A stretch of DNA of 34,301 nucleotides from a virus (taxonomy: Duplodnaviria; Caudoviricetes): positions 1 to 34,301 of the IMG/VR virus record IMGVR_UViG_3300029822_000044; one strand, 5' to 3'. Under the pieces are notes generated by a model. The model worked only from the letters and a program-made list of their open reading frames with translations, searched no databases and was not told the DNA's origin. The position numbers were made by a program, and so were the translations under genes. Shown here piece after piece: positions 9,570 through 19,457 of the stretch (position 1 is its first letter; each line of letters starts with the position of its first letter).

Positions 9570-10907
9570 ATGGCCCCTATCGGTGGTGGTACTTTTACAG
9601 TACAAAATAAAATCCTTCCCGGCGCTTATATCAATTTTGTAAGCCTGGGAAGCGCGGCCAGACTTGGAACGCGTGGCGTCGTCGCCCTTCCCCTGGAATT
9701 GAACTGGGGACCTGAAAACCAGGTCTTTTCTGTAACAGCGGAAGACTTCAATAAAACGGCGATCGACGTATTCGGCTATGATCCAACTGCCGCCCCCCTT
9801 CTTCTTGTAAGGGAAGCCTTGAAACGGGCGAAAGTCCTTCTTGCTTACCGTGTGAATTCCGGTGGCGTTAAGGCTTCAAAGACGATCGGAGGAATGACAG
9901 TCACAGCGAAATGGTCCGGAACCAGAGGAAATGACATTCGTGTCGCTATCCTTACAAATGCAGACGACGCCCTGAAAGTTGACGTCGTGACCTATCTTGA
10001 CGGAATGGAAGTCGATTCCCAGACCGTCGTTGCAAGCACCGGATCGGCAAATCTGGTCGACAATAAGTTCGTGACCTTCGGATCGGCTGAAACGCTTACG
10101 GCGGCAACTGCAACAGCATTGACCGGCGGAACGAACGGCACAGCGAACGGCGCGGCTTATTCGGCCTTCCTGAACGCGATTGAGGTCGAAACCTTCAACG
10201 TGATCGGCTATCCTGGCACAGATGAAACGATCAAGGCCCTTTTTGCCGCATTCGTGAAGCGTCTTCGCTACGATAACGGAGAGAAAATCGTCGGTGTCCT
10301 CTATCAGTATGACGGCGACGACATGGGCCTAATCAATGTCAAGAACGGCGTCGTTCTTTCTGACGGAACCACAATCACAGGCGACAAGGCCGTCGCATGG
10401 GTGGCCGGGGCTTCCGCTGGCGCAGAAGTCAACGAATCCCTAACCAATACCGCGTATGACGGAGCCGTTGACGTCGACATCAAATACACGAAAAGCCAGT
10501 TCGAAGCGGCTATCAGAGCCGGCGAATTCGTATTCTATGCTGATAACGGAAAGGCCCGTGTCTTGACTGACATCAACAGCCTTGTTACCTTCGGCGAAGG
10601 CGTTTCCGAAGACTGGACTTCGAACCGTGTTGTCCGTGTTATGGACGGCTGGGCGAATGACGTCGCAAGAATCTTCGGCGAAAGTTATATCGGGCTTGTC
10701 ACAAACAGCGACACAGGCCGCCAGCTTTTCAAGGCTGACCTTGTTTCCCTTGCTACGCAGTACCAGGCGATCGACGCGATCAGCAATTTCGAAAGCGCCG
10801 ACATCATCATTCAGCAAGGCGTCGGGAAGCGTGACGTCGCCGTGAATTGCGCGTTACAGCCGAACGACAGCATGGAAAAGCTGTATATGACCGTTACGGT
10901 CAACTAA
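9570..10907 (+). CDS. Contractile tail sheath protein (XkdK-like)
   Basis: GGGTFTVQNKILPGAYINF start, SNRVVRVMD, DSMEKLYMTVTV end. Confidence 0.93.
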   Translation: MAPIGGGTFTVQNKILPGAYINFVSLGSAARLGTRGVVALPLELNWGPENQVFSVTAEDFNKTAIDVFGYDPTAAPLLLVREALKRAKVLLAYRVNSGGVKASKTIGGMTVTAKWSGTRGNDIRVAILTNADDALKVDVVTYLDGMEVDSQTVVASTGSANLVDNKFVTFGSAETLTAATATALTGGTNGTANGAAYSAFLNAIEVETFNVIGYPGTDETIKALFAAFVKRLRYDNGEKIVGVLYQYDGDDMGLINVKNGVVLSDGTTITGDKAVAWVAGASAGAEVNESLTNTAYDGAVDVDIKYTKSQFEAAIRAGEFVFYADNGKARVLTDINSLVTFGEGVSEDWTSNRVVRVMDGWANDVARIFGESYIGLVTNSDTGRQLFKADLVSLATQYQAIDAISNFESADIIIQQGVGKRDVAVNCALQPNDSMEKLYMTVTVN

Positions 10908-10925
10908 TGGAAGGAGTGAAGCGAA

Positions 10926-11384
10926 ATGAAAACCTTGAACGCGCCGGATACCATTTCCGGCAAGGAAGGCAGAGCATACGCGAAGATCAACGGGAACAAT
11001 GAAGAATTGTTCTTCGCAAAATCGGTCGAAGCGAATGTCGATAAAAACAAGTCCGAAGTCAAGTCGATCGGAAAGCGCATGACCGGACACAAAGTGACCG
11101 GCCTGAATGGTACTGGGTCCATGACCCTTTACTATCTGACCCCGCTTTTCCGTTCCATGATCGCGGACTATAAGAAAACAGGCGTCGATCTGTACTTCGA
11201 TATGGTGATCGAGAATGAAGACCCGCAGTCTTCCGCCGGGAAACAGTCAATCCTTCTCATGGGCTGTAATATTGATTCGACTGTCCTTGCAAAGCTGGAC
11301 GGCGATTCTGACGATCCCCTTGAAGAAGACACAGACTTCACTTTCGAAGACTTCGACATTCTGACGCCTTTCAATAAATTCTAA
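10926..11384 (+). CDS. Tail tube protein (XkdM-like)
   Basis: DTISGKEGRAY, GKRMTGHK..G..GTGSMTLYY and DFTFEDFDIL. Confidence 0.92.
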   Translation: MKTLNAPDTISGKEGRAYAKINGNNEELFFAKSVEANVDKNKSEVKSIGKRMTGHKVTGLNGTGSMTLYYLTPLFRSMIADYKKTGVDLYFDMVIENEDPQSSAGKQSILLMGCNIDSTVLAKLDGDSDDPLEEDTDFTFEDFDILTPFNKF

Positions 11385-11401
11385 AAAAGGAGGACCAAAC
11401 A

Positions 11402-11809
11402 ATGGGCAAACTTACAGACTTTTTACTGGAACAGGAAGTTGAAGCCACTGTCGAAACTACGGTGGAAATCAAGCCGTTTCCGTTTCCCTTCGTTATCAGG
11501 TCGATCACGGAGGGCGAAAACAAGGCAATCAGGAAATCGTGTCAAAGGGTGTTATTCGACAAGAAGACACACCAGAGGAACACTGAAACCGACGCGGACC
11601 TTTATAATAACCGCCTTGTGATCGCTTGCTGTGTGGACCCGAACTTCAAGGACGCCGAACTTCAAGCGAAATATGACGTCATGGGGGCGGAAGACCTTAT
11701 CGACAAGATTCTGAATCCTGGCCAATTCACCGATCTTCTTCTTGCAATTCAGGAGGTCAACGGCTTTTCGACCGACATCAATGAATTGAGGGAAGAAGCA
11801 AAAAACTAA
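11402..11809 (+). CDS. Tail assembly chaperone (XkdN-like)
   Basis: CVDPNFKDAELQAKYDVMGAEDLIDKILNPGQ; ends EEAKN on a slippery A AAA AAC TAA. Confidence 0.88.
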   Translation: MGKLTDFLLEQEVEATVETTVEIKPFPFPFVIRSITEGENKAIRKSCQRVLFDKKTHQRNTETDADLYNNRLVIACCVDPNFKDAELQAKYDVMGAEDLIDKILNPGQFTDLLLAIQEVNGFSTDINELREEAKN

Positions 11810-12015
11810 TAACGGGGGGCGGAAATGACGCGGAAGCCGACGGTGAAGCTGTCTACGCTCATTACGCCCTCCACCGTTTGAAAATACTGCCTGGCACGCT
11901 CATGGCGCTTCCGATCCGTGAACGCGCCTTTATTTATGCGTCCATTGACCTTCAAGTCGAGAAGGAAAAAAAGGAAGCCGCCAGGGCAAAACGCCACGGC
12001 AAGAAAGGAAGGTGA
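11806..12015 (+). CDS. -1 frameshift extension of the tail assembly chaperone (lambda G-T type; not in the ORF track)
   Basis: The -1 frame after A AAA AAC (11800-11806) is open for 69 codons: LITGGGNDAEADGEAVYAHYALHRLKILPGTLMALPIRERAFIYASIDLQVEKEKKEAARAKRHGKKGR*. Confidence 0.8.
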   Translation, partial: LITGGGNDAEADGEAVYAHYALHRLKILPGTLMALPIRERAFIYASIDLQVEKEKKEAARAKRHGKKGR

Positions 12016-12021
12016 TCCATT

Positions 12022-13938
12022 GTGGCCGGTGTATCTACCAGTTTAGCAATACATGACAGAATGACCAGCGCCTTGAACAGAATCACAAGCGCCGTTTCGC
12101 GCACTAATAGAGCGTTGGAAACCACGGATCGCTTGACCGATCAAGTCAACCCTGGCGATACTTTCAGCCGAAGCACGACCGCGATCGGGAACGCTACACA
12201 GCAAGTCGAACAGTTCAACAGGCGTCAGAACGAAGCCGGAAATGGAGCGAACAAGGTCAAAAGCGCCTGGGGCGGCGTCGGCAATCTTATTAAAAGCGCT
12301 GTCACCGCCTTCGGTGCAAAACAGATCATAGACCTGGCCGACAGCATGACACAGACGACCGCACGCCTTGATCTGATGAATGACGGATTGCAGACCACGG
12401 CCGAACTTCAAGACATGATCATGAAGTCGGCCAACAGATCCCGCGCTTCGTACCAGTCAACAGCCGACGCCGTGGCCCAAATGGGTATTATGGCGAAGAA
12501 CGCGTTCAGTTCCAACAAAGAATTGATCGCTTTTTCCGAACTTATCAACAAACAGTTCACAATCGCCGGCACTTCGGCCGCCGGTGTGGACGCGGCAATG
12601 TTACAGCTTACGCAAGCTATGTCTTCCGGCGTCCTGCGCGGCGAAGAACTGAACAGCGTATTCGAACAGGCGCCGACAATTATTCAGACGATCGCCGACT
12701 ATCTGGGTGTCCCGATCGGGAAAATCCGTGAAATGGCCGCCGAAGGTCAGATCACTTCGACGATCGTTAAAAACGCCATGCTATCGTCAGCGGACAAAAT
12801 CAACGCAAAGTTTCAAGCCATGCCTATGACCTTTTCACAGGTCGGAACAATATTAGGCAATATGCTTCTTCAAACCTTCCAGCCGGTGATCCAGGTTATA
12901 GGCCAGGGCGCCCAGTGGATATATGACAACTGGTCCATGATCGCACCTATCTTCTGGGGCCTGGCGGCGGCCGCGCTTGGCTATGCCGTCGCCCTGGGTA
13001 TTCAGACGGTGGCGACGTGGATCGCAAACGGAGCCGCCCAGGCGTTCTTCACGACCCTTCTGTCGAACCCGCTTTTCTGGATCGCCCTGGCGATCGGCGT
13101 CGTCGTGGCAATGACCTATAAATGGGTCCAGGCTGTCGGAGGAATCAGAGTGGCGTGGCTGATCACTTGTAACGCGATCCTGACCGCCTGGGACTGGGTA
13201 AAAATCGGATTTATGATCGGCGTTTACTGGGTCATGGATATGCTGAACAAGCTACAACTGGCCTTCTATACCGCTGGCGTGAACATTCAGAATCTCATGG
13301 GTGCCATGAAGGCCGGCGTTCTGACAATCCTTCAAAAAATGGTTAACGGAGCGATCAGTATCATAAACGGCTTCATTTCTGTTCTGAATAAAATACCTGG
13401 CGTCAATATTGAACTGATTGACAAGGTAACATTCGGGACAACGGCCCAGATGGAAAACGAAGCGGCAAAACAAACCAGGAACCAGGGCTTTGAAGCCTAT
13501 CGGTCCCAGATCGAAAGCCAGATCGCAGACCGCGACGCGAAGCTGAATCAAATGAAAACAGCCGCGAACGTGGCCACAGCACAGCGCCAGGCCGAGATCG
13601 CAACAGCTAAAGCCGAAGCCGCACAAAAGAAGGCCCAGGAAAATGCGGACTTGACCGGCAAATTTGCCACAAACGGCGATATTGCGAAGGTCGGAAAGGT
13701 CGGAAAGGTCGGCGAAGTCGGGAAAATCAAGGACGACGTCAATATCGCAGATGAAGACTTGAAACTAATGCGCGACGTTGCCGAAATGCACTACGTTCAG
13801 AACTTCGTTACCTTGACACCAACTGTCGCTATGAATGCCCAGATCAGCGAAAAGGTTGACGTTGACAAAGTCGTCAGAAAGATCGAAACGAAGCTGGAAG
13901 ACGAATTCGCAATGGCGGCGGAAGGGGTGTATTCGTAG
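12022..13938 (+). CDS. Tail tape measure protein
   Basis: 638 aa; tape-measure motif AAMLQLTQAMSSGVLRGEELNSVFEQAP; hydrophobic central helices; synteny. Confidence 0.92.
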   Translation: MAGVSTSLAIHDRMTSALNRITSAVSRTNRALETTDRLTDQVNPGDTFSRSTTAIGNATQQVEQFNRRQNEAGNGANKVKSAWGGVGNLIKSAVTAFGAKQIIDLADSMTQTTARLDLMNDGLQTTAELQDMIMKSANRSRASYQSTADAVAQMGIMAKNAFSSNKELIAFSELINKQFTIAGTSAAGVDAAMLQLTQAMSSGVLRGEELNSVFEQAPTIIQTIADYLGVPIGKIREMAAEGQITSTIVKNAMLSSADKINAKFQAMPMTFSQVGTILGNMLLQTFQPVIQVIGQGAQWIYDNWSMIAPIFWGLAAAALGYAVALGIQTVATWIANGAAQAFFTTLLSNPLFWIALAIGVVVAMTYKWVQAVGGIRVAWLITCNAILTAWDWVKIGFMIGVYWVMDMLNKLQLAFYTAGVNIQNLMGAMKAGVLTILQKMVNGAISIINGFISVLNKIPGVNIELIDKVTFGTTAQMENEAAKQTRNQGFEAYRSQIESQIADRDAKLNQMKTAANVATAQRQAEIATAKAEAAQKKAQENADLTGKFATNGDIAKVGKVGKVGEVGKIKDDVNIADEDLKLMRDVAEMHYVQNFVTLTPTVAMNAQISEKVDVDKVVRKIETKLEDEFAMAAEGVYS

Positions 13939-13952
13939 GGGGTGTATTCGTA

Positions 13953-14624
13953 ATGGCTTATAAAATGACATTGATTATCGAAGGGCGGGAAATCACAATC
14001 CCGGTCCTTCCTGAAAAAATTTCGGTCCAGGCCGCCGGCAAGAACGACAAAACAACCGTGATCGGACTTGGAGAAATCAATATCCTTCGCAAGAGGGGCC
14101 TTCGTGAAGTGTCCTGGGAATCATTCCTTCCGGTTCATTCGGCCCCTTATGTCACAGGCAAAATCAGGGAGCCGATCGAAATCGTAAGAGCGATCGAGAA
14201 CGCACGCGATAACGCGTCCCCGATCCGCTTTCTGATCACTGGAACAGACCTGGACATTAACATTCGCTTCGGCGTTGATTCCTTCGACTATGAAGAACGC
14301 GCCGGTGAGGTCGGCGACATTTACTATCAGATCAAGCTGATCGAATGGAAGGATTATTCACCGAAACGAATCGTCCTTCCGACGGTAGCTTCAAAGCCGG
14401 CACAGGCAAAAGAACCGACGCGTTCCGGAAGTCCAGCGCCTGTCAAAACCCACACAGTCGTCAAAGGTGACTGCCTGTGGGCGATCGCAAAAAAGTATTA
14501 TAACGACGGAAGCCGTTATCCTGATATATATAACGCTAATAAGGCGACGATAGACGCACGCAACAAGGGAACCGGAAACCCGAAATATACTATCTATCCA
14601 GGACAGGTCTTCACGTTGCCATGA
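13953..14624 (+). CDS. LysM-containing tail tube initiator (XkdP-like)
   Basis: C-terminal LysM THTVVKGDCLWAIAKKYY...IYPGQVFTLP. Confidence 0.88.
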   Translation: MAYKMTLIIEGREITIPVLPEKISVQAAGKNDKTTVIGLGEINILRKRGLREVSWESFLPVHSAPYVTGKIREPIEIVRAIENARDNASPIRFLITGTDLDINIRFGVDSFDYEERAGEVGDIYYQIKLIEWKDYSPKRIVLPTVASKPAQAKEPTRSGSPAPVKTHTVVKGDCLWAIAKKYYNDGSRYPDIYNANKATIDARNKGTGNPKYTIYPGQVFTLP

Positions 14625-15571
14625 TTAGCGTACTTTACCAAAACATAAAGACAGGCGAAGCGTTCGACGTGACTTCCCTTGTTTCGGCGGCGAAATGGAC
14701 CACGAAGCGGACCGGTTCCCCCGCTTCCGTCGAACTGACTGTCATTGTTGACGATAGCGTCGCCTGGGACCACGGCGGGATCGTGGCCATAAAGGACGGA
14801 AATACAGGCGTCTTCTATGGCTATGTATTCAAGCTGTCCAGGTCTGAAAAAGGCGAAATTTCGGTCACAGCGTACGATCAAACCAGGTACTTGAAGAATA
14901 AAGGCACTTACGTCTTCGAAGGAAAACGGGCGGATCAGATCGCCGCACAGATAGCGGCAGACTTCCAGATCAAGACCGGGACGCTTGCTAATACAGGATA
15001 TGTCATTCCTTCAATGGTTGAAGACAATCAGACCCTTTTTGACATCATTCTGAAAGCCATGGACAAGACGCTGATCAATACCGGAAAAATGTTTTATCTA
15101 TGGGACGACTTCGGAAGTCTTCGAATTTCAAACGTCGAAGATTCGAAGCTTGACCTTTTCGTCGGTGATTCAAGTCTGGCCACTGGCTACACCTACGCGT
15201 CAGACATTGACACCGAAACCTATAACAAGATCAAGCTGGTCCGCGATAATAAGGACACCGGCAAACGTGACGTTTATATATTCCAGGATTCCAACACAAT
15301 GAAGTTCTGGGGTATCCTTCAAAACTTCGAAAAGCTGGACGACAGCCTGAACGAAGCCCAGATCAAAGAACGCGGCGAAATGATGATCGAACTTTATAAC
15401 CGCCCGAAGCGGTCGTTCGAAGTCAACGCCCTTTCCGATCTGTCAGTCCGAGCCGGCCGCGCTTTATTTATAGGCCTTGCGGAAATCGGCGTCAAGCAGT
15501 TCTTCATTGTCGAAGAAGCCAGCCATGATCTAATAAAGCAAACTATGTCATTGAAGTTAAAGGTGGTGTGA
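14621..15571 (+). CDS. Baseplate hub protein (XkdQ-like)
   Basis: VFYGYVF, TAYDQTRYLKNK, WDDFGSL and WGILQ motifs. Confidence 0.85.
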   Translation: MISVLYQNIKTGEAFDVTSLVSAAKWTTKRTGSPASVELTVIVDDSVAWDHGGIVAIKDGNTGVFYGYVFKLSRSEKGEISVTAYDQTRYLKNKGTYVFEGKRADQIAAQIAADFQIKTGTLANTGYVIPSMVEDNQTLFDIILKAMDKTLINTGKMFYLWDDFGSLRISNVEDSKLDLFVGDSSLATGYTYASDIDTETYNKIKLVRDNKDTGKRDVYIFQDSNTMKFWGILQNFEKLDDSLNEAQIKERGEMMIELYNRPKRSFEVNALSDLSVRAGRALFIGLAEIGVKQFFIVEEASHDLIKQTMSLKLKVV

Positions 15572-15572
15572 T

Positions 15573-15971
15573 ATGGGAATTTTAGACACTATGAAGAAGG
15601 TCGCAGAGCAAACCGGCCAGGCCGGAGCGCCGGCGGCCTTTTTGTTTGGAACCGTGAAATCGGTCAGTCCGCTTGTGATCCGCGTCGATAACCGGTTCGA
15701 TATTGGTGAAAAACAGGTCGTCCTGATGAAAGAATTCAAGTCCGGATCGTACCTGACACACAAACACACAATTCCGCCACACGATCACACGGTCCCACAA
15801 CACAATACAGAAACGGCCGACGCACATACCCACAGCGTACAGCCGTTCCATACTGAAAATACCGGCCTTGAAACCGCACAGGAAATCTATTTCGGACTTG
15901 CTGTCGGTGACAAGGTCGTTCTTTTAAGAAATCAAGGGGGTCAGGAATTCCTGGTCCTGGGAAGGGTGTGA
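15573..15971 (+). CDS. Baseplate spike protein (XkdR/DUF2577-like)
   Basis: FGTVKSVSPLVIRVD...LAVGDKVVLLRNQGGQEFLVLGRV with a His-rich central insert. Confidence 0.8.
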   Translation: MGILDTMKKVAEQTGQAGAPAAFLFGTVKSVSPLVIRVDNRFDIGEKQVVLMKEFKSGSYLTHKHTIPPHDHTVPQHNTETADAHTHSVQPFHTENTGLETAQEIYFGLAVGDKVVLLRNQGGQEFLVLGRV

Positions 15972-15975
15972 TTTT

Positions 15976-16404
15976 ATGGCATTTATACCGAATGCGGCGT
16001 CGGTCACTATTGGCCAGAACGTCGAAGTGGTCGAACAGAAAGACCAGACATCAAGAACGTATAAGATAGACTTTTCGGCAAAGCGCGTCGGCGGATATGT
16101 GGACGAAATCGACGCCATGAAACAGGCTATCATGAAAATTCTTCAATCGGAGCGTTTTCTATACCTGATCTATTCCTGGAACTATGGAATTGAAATGCGC
16201 GCCATTGTCGGAAAAAGCTATCAAGTGATAGCAAGTGAAATCAAGCGGATTCTTCGTGAAGCCTTACTTGAAGACCGCCGGATCACGGACGTTTATGACG
16301 TCAGCTACAAGCAGATTGACAAAAGAACGCTTTCGGTCGAATTCACGGCGTCGACGGTATTCGGTGAAGTAAACATTGAAACGGAGGTAAGCGCGAATGT
16401 ATGA
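15976..16404 (+). CDS. Baseplate wedge protein (XkdS/DUF2634-like)
   Basis: AMKQAIMKILQSERFLYLIYSWNYGIE and EALLEDRRITDV. Confidence 0.85.
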   Translation: MAFIPNAASVTIGQNVEVVEQKDQTSRTYKIDFSAKRVGGYVDEIDAMKQAIMKILQSERFLYLIYSWNYGIEMRAIVGKSYQVIASEIKRILREALLEDRRITDVYDVSYKQIDKRTLSVEFTASTVFGEVNIETEVSANV

Positions 16405-17479
16405 AAACATGACATTTGAAAACATCATGGACCGCTGCCTGTCGCGTGTGTCCGATTCGGTCGACAAGCGCGAAGGGTCAGTCATTTATGACGCGATCGC
16501 ACCGGCGGCGGCCGAACTGGCGATCATGTATATAGAACTTGGAACTATCATGGACCGCGCCTTCCCGGATACAGCGGCAGACGTTGACCTGACGAAAAAA
16601 GCCCAGGAAAGGGGTGTGTTCAGACAACCGGCAACCTTTGCCGTCCGAAAAGGATATTTCGAAAACGCCCAGGGTGGCGGATTTGAAGTTCCAATCGGAA
16701 CCCGCTTTTCTGGTGGCGACATCAATTACACAGTCACCGAGAGGATCGCGGCTGGCCAGTTTAAACTGACGGCAGAAACAGCCGGAACTGTCGGAAATGT
16801 GTACTTTGGAACACTATTTCCGATCGACTTTGTTGACGGTCTGGCGTCCGCTACACTTGCCGACGTACTTATTCCTGGCGAAGACGAAGAATCAGACGAC
16901 TCCCTTCGTGAAAGGTATTTCGCAACGCTGAAAAGCCAGGCATTCGGCGGCAATATTGCCGACTACAAGAAGAAGGTCGAACTATTACAAGGCGTCGGAG
17001 CCGTGAAGGTCATTCCTGTCTGGAATGGCGGCGGAACCGTGAAGATTATTCTTCTTGACAGTGAATGGGGCGTCCCTTCCTCCGAACTGGTAGAATCGGT
17101 ACAGGCTGACGTTGATCCAGTGGGACACCAGGGCGAAGGTCTGGGAATTGCACCGATCGGCCACGTCGTGACCGTTTCTGGCGTTACAGGCGTAACGATA
17201 GACGTATCCTTTACGCTGACCTTTGCTTCCGGTGTTACCTGGGAAAACGTACAGACGGAAGTCCAGGCGGCAATCCAGAACTATTTCGAAGACCTGGCTA
17301 AAGTGTGGGCCGACAGTGAAAGCCTGATCGTCCGCGTCAGCCAGATTGAAACGAAGATTCTGAACGTCGAAGGCGTGATCGACATTACGGGAACCACAAT
17401 CAACGGCGGAACGGCGAATATTTCACTTGACGCTGATTCGATTCCTGTCCTGGGGGTGGTGACGAATGGAGCTTCTTAA
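16397..17479 (+). CDS. Baseplate J-like protein (XkdT-like)
   Basis: DKREGSVIYDAIAP, GEDEESDDSLRERY, FGGNIADY, PVWNGGGTVK and APIGHVVTV. Confidence 0.93.
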   Translation: MYENMTFENIMDRCLSRVSDSVDKREGSVIYDAIAPAAAELAIMYIELGTIMDRAFPDTAADVDLTKKAQERGVFRQPATFAVRKGYFENAQGGGFEVPIGTRFSGGDINYTVTERIAAGQFKLTAETAGTVGNVYFGTLFPIDFVDGLASATLADVLIPGEDEESDDSLRERYFATLKSQAFGGNIADYKKKVELLQGVGAVKVIPVWNGGGTVKIILLDSEWGVPSSELVESVQADVDPVGHQGEGLGIAPIGHVVTVSGVTGVTIDVSFTLTFASGVTWENVQTEVQAAIQNYFEDLAKVWADSESLIVRVSQIETKILNVEGVIDITGTTINGGTANISLDADSIPVLGVVTNGAS

Positions 17480-17996
17480 TTATTGGCCGCGCTATGTCCA
17501 GGAATTGATCGAATTCCAGCAGATCGCGAACGGGCTTCAACCTGAATTTGAAAGGGCCGCCCAGGACGTCAGGAAGGCGCCAGAAGACTTTTTCCTGGTT
17601 AGCCTGTCCGATTATGGGTGTAAACGCTGGGAAGCGATTCTGGGCCTTTCTGTGGCTTCTGGTGATACCCTGGAAACAAGGCGTCAAAGAATCCTTCTGA
17701 AATACCTTGACCAGCTTCCTTACACCTATAAAAACCTTTTGAAGTATCTGTCCACGGTCAGCCAGGACTTCACCGTCAACCTGGACAACGACGCGTATGA
17801 ACTGTTTATTCGGATCGTGCTTTCCGGATATGATCAGCGCGACGCCCTGGTGGCCGTGCTGGGTAAGATGATCCCGGCAAACATGGTCCTTAAAATGCAG
17901 ACGCAAATTCCACAGACGATCCTTCGGCCGGCTTTCGTCTTGTGTTCGGCGACTGTGAGCATAAATAAGCACGAACATATTCCACAAGGAGGTTAA
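17466..17996 (+). CDS. Baseplate protein (XkdU/DUF2313-like)
   Basis: RWEAILGL...DTLETRRQRIL...LPYT and MIPANM motifs. Confidence 0.85.
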   Translation: MELLNYWPRYVQELIEFQQIANGLQPEFERAAQDVRKAPEDFFLVSLSDYGCKRWEAILGLSVASGDTLETRRQRILLKYLDQLPYTYKNLLKYLSTVSQDFTVNLDNDAYELFIRIVLSGYDQRDALVAVLGKMIPANMVLKMQTQIPQTILRPAFVLCSATVSINKHEHIPQGG

Positions 17997-17999
17997 GCA

Positions 18000-18758
18000 A
18001 TGGCACGTTTTAGATCAACAATCACAGACAAGGGAAGCGAAGTCCTGACCCAGATGATCGCGTCCGGATCACAGCTTCAAGTCGTGAGAGCGGCAAGCGG
18101 CGACGGGATACCAGAAACAAGCCCGAACACATTGTCCGCCCTTGTTTCACCCGTTTCCGTTAATACACAGGTTCAGGCGAAAGAATTTATCGCCGGCGAT
18201 CCTTCTATCATGAAAATTCCGGTCCAGGTTACGAACGCCGGGCTTGAATCTTCTGTCTGGATCAGGGAAATCGGAATCTTCGCCCTGGACGCCGACAATG
18301 TCGAATTCCTTTTCGCTTATTCATGGCTTGACGGCGAAGACAGCGACAACATACTTCCGCCGTCTTCCTTCCTGGGTGAAATCGAAGAAATGGCCGACAC
18401 GGTCCACATTCACGACGTCGCGATCTTCGTCACGAACCAGGAAAACAGTGCCGTTTCCGTACAGGTCGGGGCTTTTTCCTTCGTGACTTCGGCACAAATG
18501 ACAGCCTATGCGGCGCCGCTGGTCCATACACAGGCGGCCGGAACTATTATTGAATCTTCTGGCCAGTCCGTCGAAGAAGTTCAGCGCCGTCAAGATTACG
18601 ACATTCAGGCGATCAAGGAACAGCTTGGCACCGGGTTCACAGGAACCACTGTGACCCACACATTCGCGTCCGGCCAATTATCGCAATGGAAAGGCTACGA
18701 CGGAACAGGTCTTCCGGAAGGAATCCTGGACACGTCGAACAACAGGCTTTATCTGTGA
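18000..18758 (+). CDS. Tail fibre baseplate-attachment protein (N-terminal fibre domain only)
   Basis: ITDKGSEVL...SGDG...TNAGL...WIREIGIFA...LFAY, a P2 gpH/XkdV-like N-terminus; only 252 aa. Confidence 0.7.
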   Translation: MARFRSTITDKGSEVLTQMIASGSQLQVVRAASGDGIPETSPNTLSALVSPVSVNTQVQAKEFIAGDPSIMKIPVQVTNAGLESSVWIREIGIFALDADNVEFLFAYSWLDGEDSDNILPPSSFLGEIEEMADTVHIHDVAIFVTNQENSAVSVQVGAFSFVTSAQMTAYAAPLVHTQAAGTIIESSGQSVEEVQRRQDYDIQAIKEQLGTGFTGTTVTHTFASGQLSQWKGYDGTGLPEGILDTSNNRLYL

Positions 18759-19051
18759 CGAAATTCGCCTGTAAGCCGTCCGAAACGTCTTGCCTTATAT
18801 CATGTCTATTCGTCGAATTACGGCCCGTCTGTGGCCACTGTGGCGGCGACAGCGTCATTATTCGCGGCTTGACATACGAAGGTGAAGAACAGACTTTGAT
18901 CCTTCGTGATTATGGGTTCGACTATACCGGCCGGCGTGAAACGATCGACGCAATAAGGGGGCGAATGTGTTTATATGGCAACAAGAAGGAATTATCAGCG
19001 GAAGAAGAATGGGAACGACAGTCCCCTTCATGTTCTTCCAGTGGTCGCTGA
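18755..19051 (+). CDS. Cys-rich hypothetical protein immediately upstream of avd
   Basis: Probable GTG start overlapping the previous stop (GTGA); FACKPSETSCLISCLF..RPVCGHC...DYGFDY; overlaps the avd 5' end. Confidence 0.55.
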   Translation: MTKFACKPSETSCLISCLFVELRPVCGHCGGDSVIIRGLTYEGEEQTLILRDYGFDYTGRRETIDAIRGRMCLYGNKKELSAEEEWERQSPSCSSSGR

Positions 19052-19430
19052 TCTGATCGACTACACGCTGAATCTGACGGACAACGCGAAGCACTTCCCG
19101 AAGAAAGTCAGGTTCACGATCGTCAACCGAATCCAGGAACGCGTCCTTTCAATCTATGAAAACCTACTGGAAGCGAACGAAATATTCCCGATCCGGAACG
19201 ATTCAGACAAGGCCAAAAGGTTAGAACTACAACGGGCCGCGCTGACAGACTGTAAGCTATTGCTTTTTTATGTGGAACTGTCGAAAAAACGCGGCTATAT
19301 AGACACCGGAACCTTTGAATACTGGACAAAGAAGGTTCTTGACGTCAAATATATGTCCGCCGCCTGGTACAAGTCAGAACTGGAAGACGGCCAGAAGCCG
19401 CCGGCCAGCCAGGACGAATCCCAGGCCTGA
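18975..19430 (+). CDS. avd: DGR accessory variability determinant (Avd, four-helix bundle)
   Basis: HFPKKVRFTIVNRIQ...LLEANE...RLELQRAAL...LLFYVELSKKRGYI...EYWTK...AAW pattern; directly upstream of TR and RT. Confidence 0.9.
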   Translation: MATRRNYQRKKNGNDSPLHVLPVVADLIDYTLNLTDNAKHFPKKVRFTIVNRIQERVLSIYENLLEANEIFPIRNDSDKAKRLELQRAALTDCKLLLFYVELSKKRGYIDTGTFEYWTKKVLDVKYMSAAWYKSELEDGQKPPASQDESQA

Positions 19431-19457
19431 CGGATTTTATATTAGGGTATGTCCTGT

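Noticed and set aside
13687-13727. AAGGTCGGA tandem repeat (KVGKVGKVGEVGK) in the tape measure gene
   Set aside because: In-frame 9-bp coding repeat; copy-number change would not alter the frame, so it is not evidence of phase variation.
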